Part shown: piece after piece, positions 1 to 8,849 of the stretch
How positions within the stretch are numbered: the stretch's first letter is position 1
Layout: each line of letters begins with the position of its first letter
Source of the DNA: an archaeon
GTDB lineage: Archaea; Thermoplasmatota; Thermoplasmata; Methanomassiliicoccales; Methanomethylophilaceae
NCBI GenBank assembly: GCA_024399175.1
Contig: JAKSHU010000001.1
Span: 1 to 43,602, forward strand
DNA length: 43,602 bases
Direction: 5' to 3'
Notes under the pieces: generated by a model
The model's database searches: none
Told to the model about the DNA's origin: nothing
Seen by the model: only the letters and a program-made list of their open reading frames with translations
Program-made: the position numbers and the translations under genes

Positions 1-1129
1 TTCCACCGCGGATGAACATGGTGACTGCCTTGGGGTTCTCGCATCCGGTGATGAAGGACATTCCGTCCTCTCCGACGAGCTTCTCCTCGACGACCTTTGC
101 GGTTCCGAGGTCCTTTGCGGTGAGCTCGTCGACGTTTCCGACGATGGTTGCTCCGGTTGCCTTGGCGATTGCCTCGATGTCGGACTCCTTGAGCCTCCTG
201 TATCCCATGATGCCTGCCTTGGAGAGGTAGTGCTGGACGAGCTCGTCCATTGCCTTGGAGGTGTAGACGACGTTTGCTCCTGCGGCCTTGATCTTGTCGA
301 CCATTGCCTTCATTCCTGCCTCCTCCTCTGCGAGGAAGTCGTTCATCCTGGTGGGGTCGGTGATCTGGATCTGTGCGTCGATCTCGGTCTTCTTGACCTC
401 GAGTCCGCAGTTGAAGAGAGCGATCTTGGCGTTCTCGATCTTCTTGGGCATCCTGGAGTGGACGAGCTCCTTGTCGACAACGACTCCCTCGACGATGTAG
501 GTGTCGTGGATGATTCCGCCGACCTTCTTGGTGATCCTGATGTTCTTGGTGTCGACGCGGCCGTCGTCGCCTGCGACGAACCTTGCTGCCTTGACGATGA
601 GGTCGGAGAGGTACTGCTTGTCGTCCTCGTCTCCGACTGCCTTTCCGGTCAAGGAGGTGGATGCGACGAGTCCGAGGATCTTGTCGTTCTTTGCGTCGAT
701 TGCGATCTCGTCGAGGATCTTGACTGCCTCGGCTGCGGCCATGTTGTATCCGTTGGTGATGACGGTGGGGTGGACGTTGGCGTTGATGAGCTCCTCGGAC
801 TGCTTGAGAAGCTCTCCGGAGAGGATGACGGAGGTGGTGGTACCGTCTCCGCACTCGGTGTCCTGGGTCTTTGCAACCTCGACGACCATCTTGGCTGCGG
901 GGTGCTGGACGTCGATCTCCTTGAGGATGGTGACACCGTCGTTGGTGATGACGACGTCTCCGATGGAGTTGACCATCATCTTGTCCATTCCCTTGGGTCC
1001 AAGGGTGGACCTGACAGACTCTGCGACAGCCTTTGCGGCGTCGATGTTGTTGAACTGTGCTTCTTTGTCCTTGCTCCTCTGAGTTCCCTCTTTGAAGACG
1101 ATGATAGGCTGGTTTCCGTTTCCGTACAT
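1..1129 (-). CDS. Thermosome (group II chaperonin) subunit, 3' end runs off the window
   Basis: Absent from the ORF track because it has no stop in the window. Manual translation from ATG 1129 gives MYGNGNQPIIVFKEGTQR...STLGPKGMDKM...ITNDGVTILKEIDVQHPAAK...GDGTTT, the chaperonin ATP-binding motifs. TATA box TTTATATA at 1181-1174. Confidence 0.97.
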   Translation of the reverse strand, partial: MYGNGNQPIIVFKEGTQRSKDKEAQFNNIDAAKAVAESVRSTLGPKGMDKMMVNSIGDVVITNDGVTILKEIDVQHPAAKMVVEVAKTQDTECGDGTTTSVILSGELLKQSEELINANVHPTVITNGYNMAAAEAVKILDEIAIDAKNDKILGLVASTSLTGKAVGDEDDKQYLSDLIVKAARFVAGDDGRVDTKNIRITKKVGGIIHDTYIVEGVVVDKELVHSRMPKKIENAKIALFNCGLEVKKTEIDAQIQITDPTRMNDFLAEEEAGMKAMVDKIKAAGANVVYTSKAMDELVQHYLSKAGIMGYRRLKESDIEAIAKATGATIVGNVDELTAKDLGTAKVVEEKLVGEDGMSFITGCENPKAVTMFIRGG

Positions 1130-1173
1130 AGGATAGTTCTCCCTGTTTATTGGTATAAGTTATTTTGTTCTTC

Positions 1174-1204
1174 TATATAAAGGTAAGTAAACCATCAGTT
1201 ACCT
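1174..1204 (-). promoter_or_regulatory. Thermosome TATA box with adjacent AGGTAA-N12-TTACCT palindrome
   Basis: TTTATATA on the minus strand (1181-1174), immediately preceded by an inverted repeat at 1181-1186 / 1199-1204. Confidence 0.55.
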
Positions 1205-1249
1205 ACGGGCCACGGAACGGCCTTGCCTGATGTCAGTTTAGCAAATGGA

Positions 1250-2056
1250 TCAGAAGACGTCGCGGACCTCGATGCCGGCCCTTGTCAATATTCTTCTTAT
1301 TATCTCCAGGGACTCCGGCGAGTTCCTGACGCCCATGCGCTCCAGTCTCACCGCCATCTCCGGACGGAGGTTCAGCGGATCGAGGGCGGCGCGTCTCACG
1401 CCTGTGTCGATGACCGCCTCGCAGAACTCCTCCTCGAATCCCTCCAGATGGTCCATCACGGGAGCGATCAGGGCATAGGTGTTGATTCCCGCCTCGGTCA
1501 GGCCCTTCAGCGCCCTGAGACGAGCGGAGGGCAGCGGTGCTCCGGGCTCGGTCATCTTGGAGCGCCTCTCGTCCAGTCCCGTCAGGGTCACGGCCACCTG
1601 TCCGCCGAAGTGGGTCAGCAGCTCCTTGTCCCGCAGGACCAGGTCGGACTTGGTGTGCAGATGGATGGGGAATCCCCTCCCGTCGAGGAACTCCAGGCAT
1701 TGGCGGGTCAGACGGAAGCGTCTCTCCGCGCCCTGGTACGGGTCGGTGACGGTGCCGATGCCGATGGTCCCGTGCAGACCCGGGATCTCCTTCGCCAGAC
1801 GGGATACGATGTTCTCCTTGACCTTCACGACCCTCCAGGTCCTCCACTCGGAGTGGGTGACCTCCGGGGCGTAGCAGTAGACGCACCCGTGCTCGCATCC
1901 GCCGTATGGATTGAGCGAGTAGTCCATCTCGGGAAGTCCCGAGGGGGAGAGGGCCCTCCTGCACTGGATGACCTCGTAAACCCCGTCCCACTCGTCCCGG
2001 TGGCCGAAGTCGAAAAGCGTCGAGGGGGCGGCGCCCCACCTGGTGAGGTCCGTCAC
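1250..2056 (-). CDS. Radical SAM protein, SPL/SplB-like (DNA repair photolyase-like) family
   Basis: YSLNPYGGCEHGCVYCYA (CxxxCxxC), GTVTDPYQ, HTKSDLVLRD and EPGAP motifs. GTG start overlaps the nre stop (GTGA). Confidence 0.88.
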   Translation of the reverse strand: MTDLTRWGAAPSTLFDFGHRDEWDGVYEVIQCRRALSPSGLPEMDYSLNPYGGCEHGCVYCYAPEVTHSEWRTWRVVKVKENIVSRLAKEIPGLHGTIGIGTVTDPYQGAERRFRLTRQCLEFLDGRGFPIHLHTKSDLVLRDKELLTHFGGQVAVTLTGLDERRSKMTEPGAPLPSARLRALKGLTEAGINTYALIAPVMDHLEGFEEEFCEAVIDTGVRRAALDPLNLRPEMAVRLERMGVRNSPESLEIIRRILTRAGIEVRDVF

Positions 2057-3414
2057 CCGTCCACCCCCGGCAGGGTGGTCTGCACCATGTCCTCGGGATC
2101 GTCGTGCAGGTTCGAGGAGGAGGCCCCGAAGAAGTCATCGAGCCTCTTCTGCGTGAACCAGTCCGTCAGCACGCCGGAGTTCCGGATCCACACATCGCGC
2201 TTGAGGTCCATCCTCGACTCCACGAAGGAGAGTGCCTTGTCCATCGTGTCGAATCTGAACGGCTGGGTCTTCAGCGCCTCGCGCACGTTCGCCCTCACGT
2301 TCCACACTCCGACGGGCATCACGTAGCCCTCGTGGGCCTCGCGGCAGATGACCGCCCCCGCGGTGCGGTGCTCCCTCTCGAGAAGCTCGTTGACCGCCAT
2401 CCTCGAGGCGTAGTAGCAGCCCCCAATGTGGGCGTACTCGGTCCTCCCGTTGAAGAACTCGCAGTCGCTGATGATCTCGATGTTCTCGCCGTTGGGGGTC
2501 CAGTGGGAGGCGTTCCAGGAGGTTCCGGGATACCAGGCCTCGATGAGCTCGAAGCGCCACGTGGTGGGCATCATGATGATTGCCCAGCGGTTGTCGAGCT
2601 GCTCCCAGTAGTAGACGCGGTAGTCGTCGATGGTGGGATAGAAGCGCGTCCGACGGAGATAGTCCTTCCCGATGATGTCGTCGACGGCGGTGATGCTCCA
2701 CCTGGTGGGCACGAAGCGGCGCCTCTTCTCCACACCCATGGTGCCCACCGAGAACGCCTTCTGGATCTCGGAGATGAGGGTCCCGTTGTAGTAGGCCTCC
2801 AGCACCCCCTTCACCGCGGGCAGGTCGGTGTCGTAGTAGTTCTTCTCCAGGTTGTGCTCCCAGCGGCCGTTGCTCTTGCGGAAGCCCTCGAGACGGGCGG
2901 CCGGACCGAAGGGCTGGATGTCGTCATCCAGGACGATGCGCCCGTGGGGACGCTCCTTGAACTGGGCCTCCACGTCGACGGGCTTCTCCGTCAGGGCGAT
3001 CTCCTGCACGTCGGTAACGATCTTGCCGGCCTTCTTGAAGTCGGTGGCATCGATGGTGTACTTTCCGCGGACGAGACGGTACCTCATGTCCACGATGTCG
3101 TCGATGCTCTTGCCGATCCACCTCTCGGGCTGGTCCATGATGGATGTGTCGCCGAACTCCCCGGGGACGAGGGGACCGATGTCGATCTTCGGATAACCGT
3201 ACCTGCCGACGAAGACGGCGGGAGGGCTGCTTCCCGCCAGGTCCCTCATGTCGAGAAGGGGCATGGTCTTCGAGCGGGAGTAGAACTTTATCATGAGAGG
3301 GCAGCGGTTCTTGCCGCAGAGATTGTGGGCCCCCTTGCAGCTCGTGCACAGACCCTTCTTCACCTCGCCGATCTCCTTCAGATACGAGGCGTCGACGAGG
3401 GTGGCGTTGGTCAT
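2053..3414 (-). CDS. nreA: Archaeal Nre-family DNA repair protein
   Basis: N-terminal CTSCKG..LCGKNRCP, GSSPPAVFVGRYGYPK, VPTRWSITAVD, GGCYYA and VGVWNVR, with a C-terminal PIP box QKRLDDFF. Start set at ATG 3414, which has a TTTATATT box about 21 nt upstream. Confidence 0.92.
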   Translation of the reverse strand: MTNATLVDASYLKEIGEVKKGLCTSCKGAHNLCGKNRCPLMIKFYSRSKTMPLLDMRDLAGSSPPAVFVGRYGYPKIDIGPLVPGEFGDTSIMDQPERWIGKSIDDIVDMRYRLVRGKYTIDATDFKKAGKIVTDVQEIALTEKPVDVEAQFKERPHGRIVLDDDIQPFGPAARLEGFRKSNGRWEHNLEKNYYDTDLPAVKGVLEAYYNGTLISEIQKAFSVGTMGVEKRRRFVPTRWSITAVDDIIGKDYLRRTRFYPTIDDYRVYYWEQLDNRWAIIMMPTTWRFELIEAWYPGTSWNASHWTPNGENIEIISDCEFFNGRTEYAHIGGCYYASRMAVNELLEREHRTAGAVICREAHEGYVMPVGVWNVRANVREALKTQPFRFDTMDKALSFVESRMDLKRDVWIRNSGVLTDWFTQKRLDDFFGASSSNLHDDPEDMVQTTLPGVDG

Positions 3415-3677
3415 GGATGAGCGATGACAATCAGAATATAAAGAGGAAGTGGGGGTCAACCTGACCGAAGTCAAGTGCAAGAGGATTGGCCCACACTATA
3501 ATCAGCAAACTATGTCTCAGTATATTAAGTTAAGCCGAAACCGTGCGTTTTTGTCGGATGAAGCTTGAAAAAAGCTGTTTTTCTTGGGTATGATTTATAT
3601 AACTTACCCAAAGTAGAGTAATTACACCTTTAGTTGACAGGCCGGACGGCCCGACCCGGACGCATCGGGAGGGGGTG

Positions 3678-5201
3678 TCACGACCTGACGAACTCTGCCG
3701 AGAGACGTCCGCCGAACAGTGTGCGGAAGTCCTCGACCACGGTCCCGAGCTTCCACATCGCCATGCTCATATCGGCGGTGGCGTAGACGGTCAGGTTGAC
3801 GTTGCCGTTGAGCACCTCCACACGGATCTCCTCCACGGCGAAGTCCCTTCCGCGGTCGAGGATGTCGGCGATCTTCAGGATCATCGCGTATTTCAGGAGG
3901 TTCTGTGCGGACTTGCGGTCCATTCCCACGAAGAACTTGCTGGAGGGGCCCGGGAACGAGTTGTGATGGAAACGTGCCAGCAGTGCGATCCTCTCGAGCT
4001 CGTCGCTGTCGAATCCCGCCAGATAGGAGTTCTTGATGATCGTGTAGGAGAACGCGTTGTGCTTGTCGTAGCTGATGAACGCCCCGACATCATGGAGCTG
4101 GGCGGCGTAGCCGAGGAGCTCCTCCATCTCGGGGGACTCCTGCACGAGGCCCACGCGAACGAACTCCCCGTACAGCTGGGACGTGTATTTCTTGACTGCC
4201 TCCTCGTGCTTGGTGTTGCACTCGCAGCGGACGGCGAGGGCCATCACCGACGAGGCGCGGATGCTGCAGTCGGAGTGTCCCTTCTTGAGGAGGTAGTCCA
4301 CCTTCATTCCCTCGCGGAGACCGGTACGGCTGATCTCGATGCGCTCGATGTCGAGAAGATCCATCAGGGCCTCCACGACGGAACCTCCGCCGATGACGAT
4401 GTCGGCGCGGTTGGCACTGACCTTGGGGAGCTTGCACCTTTCGGCGGCGGTCAGTCCGCACATGATCTTCATGAGCGACTTGAGCTCGGAACGGAGGAGG
4501 AATGATCCGTCGCCGTCACCGCGCATGCTCGCACAGGCGTCGGCCAGGGCCTCCATCGTTCCGGAGGAGCCCATCACGACGTCGAAGCCGATGTCGCGGA
4601 TCTTGCCGACGGAGTGGTAGCACTGCGCGGCGACCATCTTCTTCAGGGTGTCGTACTGTTTGGGGGACACCTTCCCGTTCTGGTCGATGCCGGTACCGAA
4701 GGCCATGCGTATTGCACCGAGGTTCAGGCTGTCGAGGTAGATGTCATCCCTGCCGAGGGCGAGGGCGATCTCTGTGCTGCCTCCTCCGACGTCGATGCAC
4801 AGCGTGCGTCTGGGACAGTCCGGACCGGCCACTCCGAGACGGGTGAGACGGGCCTCCTCGCGACCCGGGATCACGTGGAGGGTGATGCCGCATTCGCGCG
4901 CGACGTTGACCAGGTCCGCACGGTTGGGGGCCTCCCTGGCGGCGCAGGTCGCCATCGCGATGATCTCGCTGCATCCCTTCTCCTGGGAGATCTGGGCGAA
5001 CTTGGAGAGCACCACGCGGGCCTTCTCCAGGGTCTCGTCGTCGATGCGTCCGGTCTCGTACAGGCTCTTGCCCATGCGCACGGACTCCTTCTCGGAGAAG
5101 ACGGGGGTTCCGAGGGACCCCTCGTAGAAACTGACGATGAGAAGGTGTATGGAGTTGGTCCCCACGTCTATGAAGGCGACGGATTCAGGCATGCCAGGCA
5201 C
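3678..5201 (-). CDS. ppx: Exopolyphosphatase, Ppx/GppA family with C-terminal HD domain
   Basis: IDVGTNS, ATCAAREA, EEARL, IDVGGGSTE, GLREG and LHDVG motifs; overlaps the end of ppk1. Confidence 0.93.
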   Translation of the reverse strand: MPGMPESVAFIDVGTNSIHLLIVSFYEGSLGTPVFSEKESVRMGKSLYETGRIDDETLEKARVVLSKFAQISQEKGCSEIIAMATCAAREAPNRADLVNVARECGITLHVIPGREEARLTRLGVAGPDCPRRTLCIDVGGGSTEIALALGRDDIYLDSLNLGAIRMAFGTGIDQNGKVSPKQYDTLKKMVAAQCYHSVGKIRDIGFDVVMGSSGTMEALADACASMRGDGDGSFLLRSELKSLMKIMCGLTAAERCKLPKVSANRADIVIGGGSVVEALMDLLDIERIEISRTGLREGMKVDYLLKKGHSDCSIRASSVMALAVRCECNTKHEEAVKKYTSQLYGEFVRVGLVQESPEMEELLGYAAQLHDVGAFISYDKHNAFSYTIIKNSYLAGFDSDELERIALLARFHHNSFPGPSSKFFVGMDRKSAQNLLKYAMILKIADILDRGRDFAVEEIRVEVLNGNVNLTVYATADMSMAMWKLGTVVEDFRTLFGGRLSAEFVRS

Positions 5202-7266
5202 CCTTGTTCTCCATGAACCATTCCTGCGAGCGCAGCTTCCTCTCCCCGGACTTCCTCTTACGGATGACGTAGGTTCCGTCGGACCTCAGCTCGCGGGACT
5301 TCACGTTGTCGTGCAGGCTGATGTTCAGGATGTTCTCGCGGATCGCCACCATCATATCGGGGTCGAGGATGGGGAAGAGGACCTCCACGCGTGCGATGAG
5401 GTTCCTGGGCATCATGTCCGAGGATCCGAGATACATCCTCGGGTCGCCGTCGTTGGCGAAGTAGTAGATCCTCGCGTGCTCGAGATACCTGTCAACGATG
5501 CTGGTGACGGTGATGTTCTCCGAGATTCCCTTGATGCCGGGACGCAGGCAGCACAGTCCGCGGATGTTGAGCTCGATCCTCACGCCCGCGATGGATGCCT
5601 TGTAGAGCTCGGCGATGATGTCGGAGTCGATGAGTCCGTTGGCCTTCATCGCGATGTATCCGGGCCTGCCGTTCGCGGTGTGCTCCGCCTCCTGCCTGAT
5701 CATCCTGATCAGGGAATCCTTGAGGGTCAGGGGCGCCACCAGGAGATGCTTGTAGTTCCTGGGGCCGAAGTATCCGGTGAGGACGTTGAACAGCTCGCCC
5801 ACGTCCACACCGATCTCCTGGTTGGCGGTGATGAAGGAGATGTCGGAGTACTGCTTGGCGGTGTTCTCGTTGTAGTTTCCGGAGCTCATGTGGACGTAGC
5901 GCACCAGATGGTCCTTCTCGAGCCTGACGACCTGCAGGAGCTTGGAGTGCACCTTGAGGTTGACGGGACCGTAGACCACGTGTACACCGATCTTCTCGAG
6001 CTCCCTGGCGAGAGCGATGTTGTTGACCTCGTCGAACTTGGCCCTCAGCTCCATCAGGACGGAGACGGCCTTTCCCTTCTCCTTGGCGCGCATCAGGAGC
6101 TTGATGATCTCGGGGTTCTTGCCGAGCCTGTAGAGACAGATCTTGATGGACTGGACGTTGGGGTCCTCGGCGGACTCGCGCAGGAAGCGCACGACGACGT
6201 CGAACGACTCGTAGGGGTGGAAGAATATCCAGTCCTTCTTCTTGACGGCGCTGAAGATGCTCTCGGACTCGTTGATCTCCTGGGGGATCATGGGCACATA
6301 GGGCTTGTTCTTGAGACCGGGCCTGTTGAGTCCCGCGATCTCCCACAGGTCGGTGAGCATCATTCCCTTGTCGGATGCACGGGTGACCTGGTTCTCCAGG
6401 AGCTTGAGGTTCTTGGCGAAGACACGGGTCAGGTCGGCGGGCATGGTGTCCTCGACGACCATCCTCACGGGGAATCCGACGTCCCTGCTGTCGAGCGCCT
6501 CCTCGACGGCGGACATCAGGTCGACGGCCTCGTCGATGGTGACCTTGACATCGGCGTTCCTGGTGATGCGGAACTTGTAGCATCCGAGGACCTCCAGTCC
6601 CGGGAAGAGGGCGCCGATGTTGTCCTTGAGGATGTTCTCGAGCAGCACGTACTGCAGGGTGTTGGCGGTGGAGGGCACCTTGACGAAACGGGGCAGGATC
6701 CCGACGGGGACCTTGACCCTGGCGTACAGGACCTCCTCTCCGCGCCTGAGCTTGACGGCCACGTTCAGGGAGTTGTTCGAGATGAACGGGAACGGATGGG
6801 AGATGTCGAGTGCGAGAGGGGTCAGAAGGGGGTGGACCCTCTCCGCGTAGTAGTCGTCGACCCACATCTTCTGCTTGGGGTCGAGGGCGGAGACGGAGAG
6901 GATGGAGATCCCCTCCTTGCCGAGGGCGGCCTCGAGTCCCGTCCAGCACTCCTCGTATCCGTCGGTGAGCTCGTTGACCCTGTCGTTGATGAGAGTGATG
7001 AGCTCGTCGTTGTCGGGGAAGGTGTCGGGACCCATGTTCACGAGCCTGTCCAGGTCCGCGCCGAGCAGACCGGGCATGCGGATCATGAAGAACTCGTCCA
7101 TGTTGCCGTAGCATATGGCCATGAACTTGACCCTCTCCAGCACGGGGTTGGAGGGATCCATGGCCTCCTCGAGGCAGCGCTTGTTGAACGCCAGCCACGA
7201 GATCTCCCTGTTGATGTACAGCGAACGGTCGTAGAGGTCGGGCTCCGCCTTCTTGGCCATGGGCAT
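5185..7266 (-). CDS. ppk1: Polyphosphate kinase 1
   Basis: NREISWLAFNKR, NMDEFFMIR, HPFPFISN, HPYESF, ELRAKFDE, LKVHSK, GNYN, YLEHARIY and SSDMMPRNL motifs. The start overlaps the hisD stop (TGATG). Confidence 0.97.
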   Translation of the reverse strand: MPMAKKAEPDLYDRSLYINREISWLAFNKRCLEEAMDPSNPVLERVKFMAICYGNMDEFFMIRMPGLLGADLDRLVNMGPDTFPDNDELITLINDRVNELTDGYEECWTGLEAALGKEGISILSVSALDPKQKMWVDDYYAERVHPLLTPLALDISHPFPFISNNSLNVAVKLRRGEEVLYARVKVPVGILPRFVKVPSTANTLQYVLLENILKDNIGALFPGLEVLGCYKFRITRNADVKVTIDEAVDLMSAVEEALDSRDVGFPVRMVVEDTMPADLTRVFAKNLKLLENQVTRASDKGMMLTDLWEIAGLNRPGLKNKPYVPMIPQEINESESIFSAVKKKDWIFFHPYESFDVVVRFLRESAEDPNVQSIKICLYRLGKNPEIIKLLMRAKEKGKAVSVLMELRAKFDEVNNIALARELEKIGVHVVYGPVNLKVHSKLLQVVRLEKDHLVRYVHMSSGNYNENTAKQYSDISFITANQEIGVDVGELFNVLTGYFGPRNYKHLLVAPLTLKDSLIRMIRQEAEHTANGRPGYIAMKANGLIDSDIIAELYKASIAGVRIELNIRGLCCLRPGIKGISENITVTSIVDRYLEHARIYYFANDGDPRMYLGSSDMMPRNLIARVEVLFPILDPDMMVAIRENILNISLHDNVKSRELRSDGTYVIRKRKSGERKLRSQEWFMENKGAWHA

Positions 7267-8618
7267 CACTGCTTCTTGGAGTCGGACTTTCCGGTCTTGT
7301 CCTTCTTGGAGCTCTTCTTGGAGTCCTTCCTTCCGAACCTGATGTCCACGGACATTCCGTGGGCGTGGAGTCCCTCGACGTCGGCGAGGGTGGTGATGGT
7401 GGGGGCGAGGGACGCGAGTCCGTCACGGGTCAGCATCTGCACGGTGCTGGTCTTGCGGAACATGTTGGCGGTGAGTCCGGAGTAGACGGTGGCGTATCCG
7501 GAGGTCGGGAGGACGTGGTTGGTACCGGACGCGTAGTCTCCTGCGGCGATGGGGGTGTAGGGTCCGACGAAGATGGAACCCGCGTTCCTGATCTTGGAGA
7601 GGGCGTCCTGGGGGTCCCTGACCTGGATGCAGAGGTGCTCGGGGGCGATTCCGTTCATGGTCTCGATGGCGAGGTCCATGTCCTTGCACACGATGTATCC
7701 GGAGTTGGCGGTGGACTTGGCGATGATCTCGGCCCTGGGCTCGTTCTTCAGGATGTCCATCATGCACTTCCAGACCTTGTCGGGAAGCTCGGGGTCGTCG
7801 GTGACGAGGACGTAAGCGGAGCTGGGTCCGTGCTCGCCCTGCGCGATGAGGTCTGCTGCGACAAACTCGGGGACTGCGGAGGAGTCCGCGAGGACCGCGG
7901 CCTCGCTGGGTCCGGCAGGGAAGTCGATGAGGACGTCCTTCTGGAGGAGGATCTTGGCCTCGGTGACGAACATGTTTCCGGGTCCGACGTTCATCTGGAC
8001 CTTCGCGATGCTGTCGGTTCCGAGTGCCATGGCGGCTATGGCCTGGGAGCCTCCGACGGCGTAGATCTCGTCGCATCCCGCGATGTCGAGGGCCGCGAGG
8101 ACGGCGGGCTGGACGGGTGCGGGGGTGCAGCAGATGACCTCGTCGACTCCGGCGGTCTTGGCGGCGACGACGGTCATGAGTGCGGAGGAGGGGTAGGCGG
8201 CGAGTCCGCCGGGGATGTAGCATCCGACCCTGTTGAGAGGGGTGCTCTTGATTCCGAGGGTGATTCCGGGCTCGACCTCGGTGGTCCACATGTCCGGGGG
8301 AAGCTGCATCCTGTGGAAGCGGGAGATGTTGTAGGCGGCGTTCTCGAGCTCGTCGATAACCTCCTGGTCGAGCTTCTCGTATGCCGCGTCGATCTCGTCG
8401 CGGGTGACCTGGATGCGCTTGAGCTTGACCTTGTCGAACTTCTCGGTGAGTGCGATGAGGGCCTTGTCCCCCTCGGTCCTCACCTGCTCGATGATGCCTT
8501 CGACGATGTCCTTCACTTTGTCTGTCTCGTTCTTCCTGTTACCGATCCAGTACTCTTCGCTGATCTCTTTCCATTTCTCGGGCTCAACGAATTTCTGAGC
8601 GGTTTCACTCTTAGCCAT
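7266..8618 (-). CDS. hisD: Histidinol dehydrogenase with a Lys/Ser/Asp-rich C-terminal tail
   Basis: GCYIPGG, YPSSALM, GPGN, AGPSE, AQGEH, APEHL, GDYASGTNHVLPT and EGLHAH motifs. Start set at ATG 8618 (MAKSE), with a TTTTAA box about 22 nt upstream. Confidence 0.95.
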   Translation of the reverse strand: MAKSETAQKFVEPEKWKEISEEYWIGNRKNETDKVKDIVEGIIEQVRTEGDKALIALTEKFDKVKLKRIQVTRDEIDAAYEKLDQEVIDELENAAYNISRFHRMQLPPDMWTTEVEPGITLGIKSTPLNRVGCYIPGGLAAYPSSALMTVVAAKTAGVDEVICCTPAPVQPAVLAALDIAGCDEIYAVGGSQAIAAMALGTDSIAKVQMNVGPGNMFVTEAKILLQKDVLIDFPAGPSEAAVLADSSAVPEFVAADLIAQGEHGPSSAYVLVTDDPELPDKVWKCMMDILKNEPRAEIIAKSTANSGYIVCKDMDLAIETMNGIAPEHLCIQVRDPQDALSKIRNAGSIFVGPYTPIAAGDYASGTNHVLPTSGYATVYSGLTANMFRKTSTVQMLTRDGLASLAPTITTLADVEGLHAHGMSVDIRFGRKDSKKSSKKDKTGKSDSKKQ

Positions 8619-8849
8619 GGCGGTGTCTATGCAAGGGGGATTAAAATAGTGTTGCCCGCCTGCGCTTACGTTCGCGTATATAATATACGGAGCAATCCGT
8701 AAGCTATATAGGGGTGCGGAATCACCAGGGAATCGGCAGATCACCACATGTGCCAGCATCCGGAATCCGGGACCCACGGCCCCCTTCGTCCAGAGTAATA
8801 CGCGCGCGAATCATCGTTTTTATAGGAGGAAGCCCTAGAGAACGGCATT

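Noticed and set aside
230-1180. Long antisense or alternate-frame ORFs (e.g. 230..1180, 5137..7485, 5492..7426, 10403..11947, 19205..20857, 34145..35695, 37252..38802)
   Set aside because: They are shadows of real genes caused by strong GC3 codon bias. They have no family motifs and lie fully over well-supported CDSs.
8676-8790. Possible tRNA or sRNA after extra TATA-like boxes between hisD and trkA
   Set aside because: No cloverleaf or TTC T-loop and no convincing stems.
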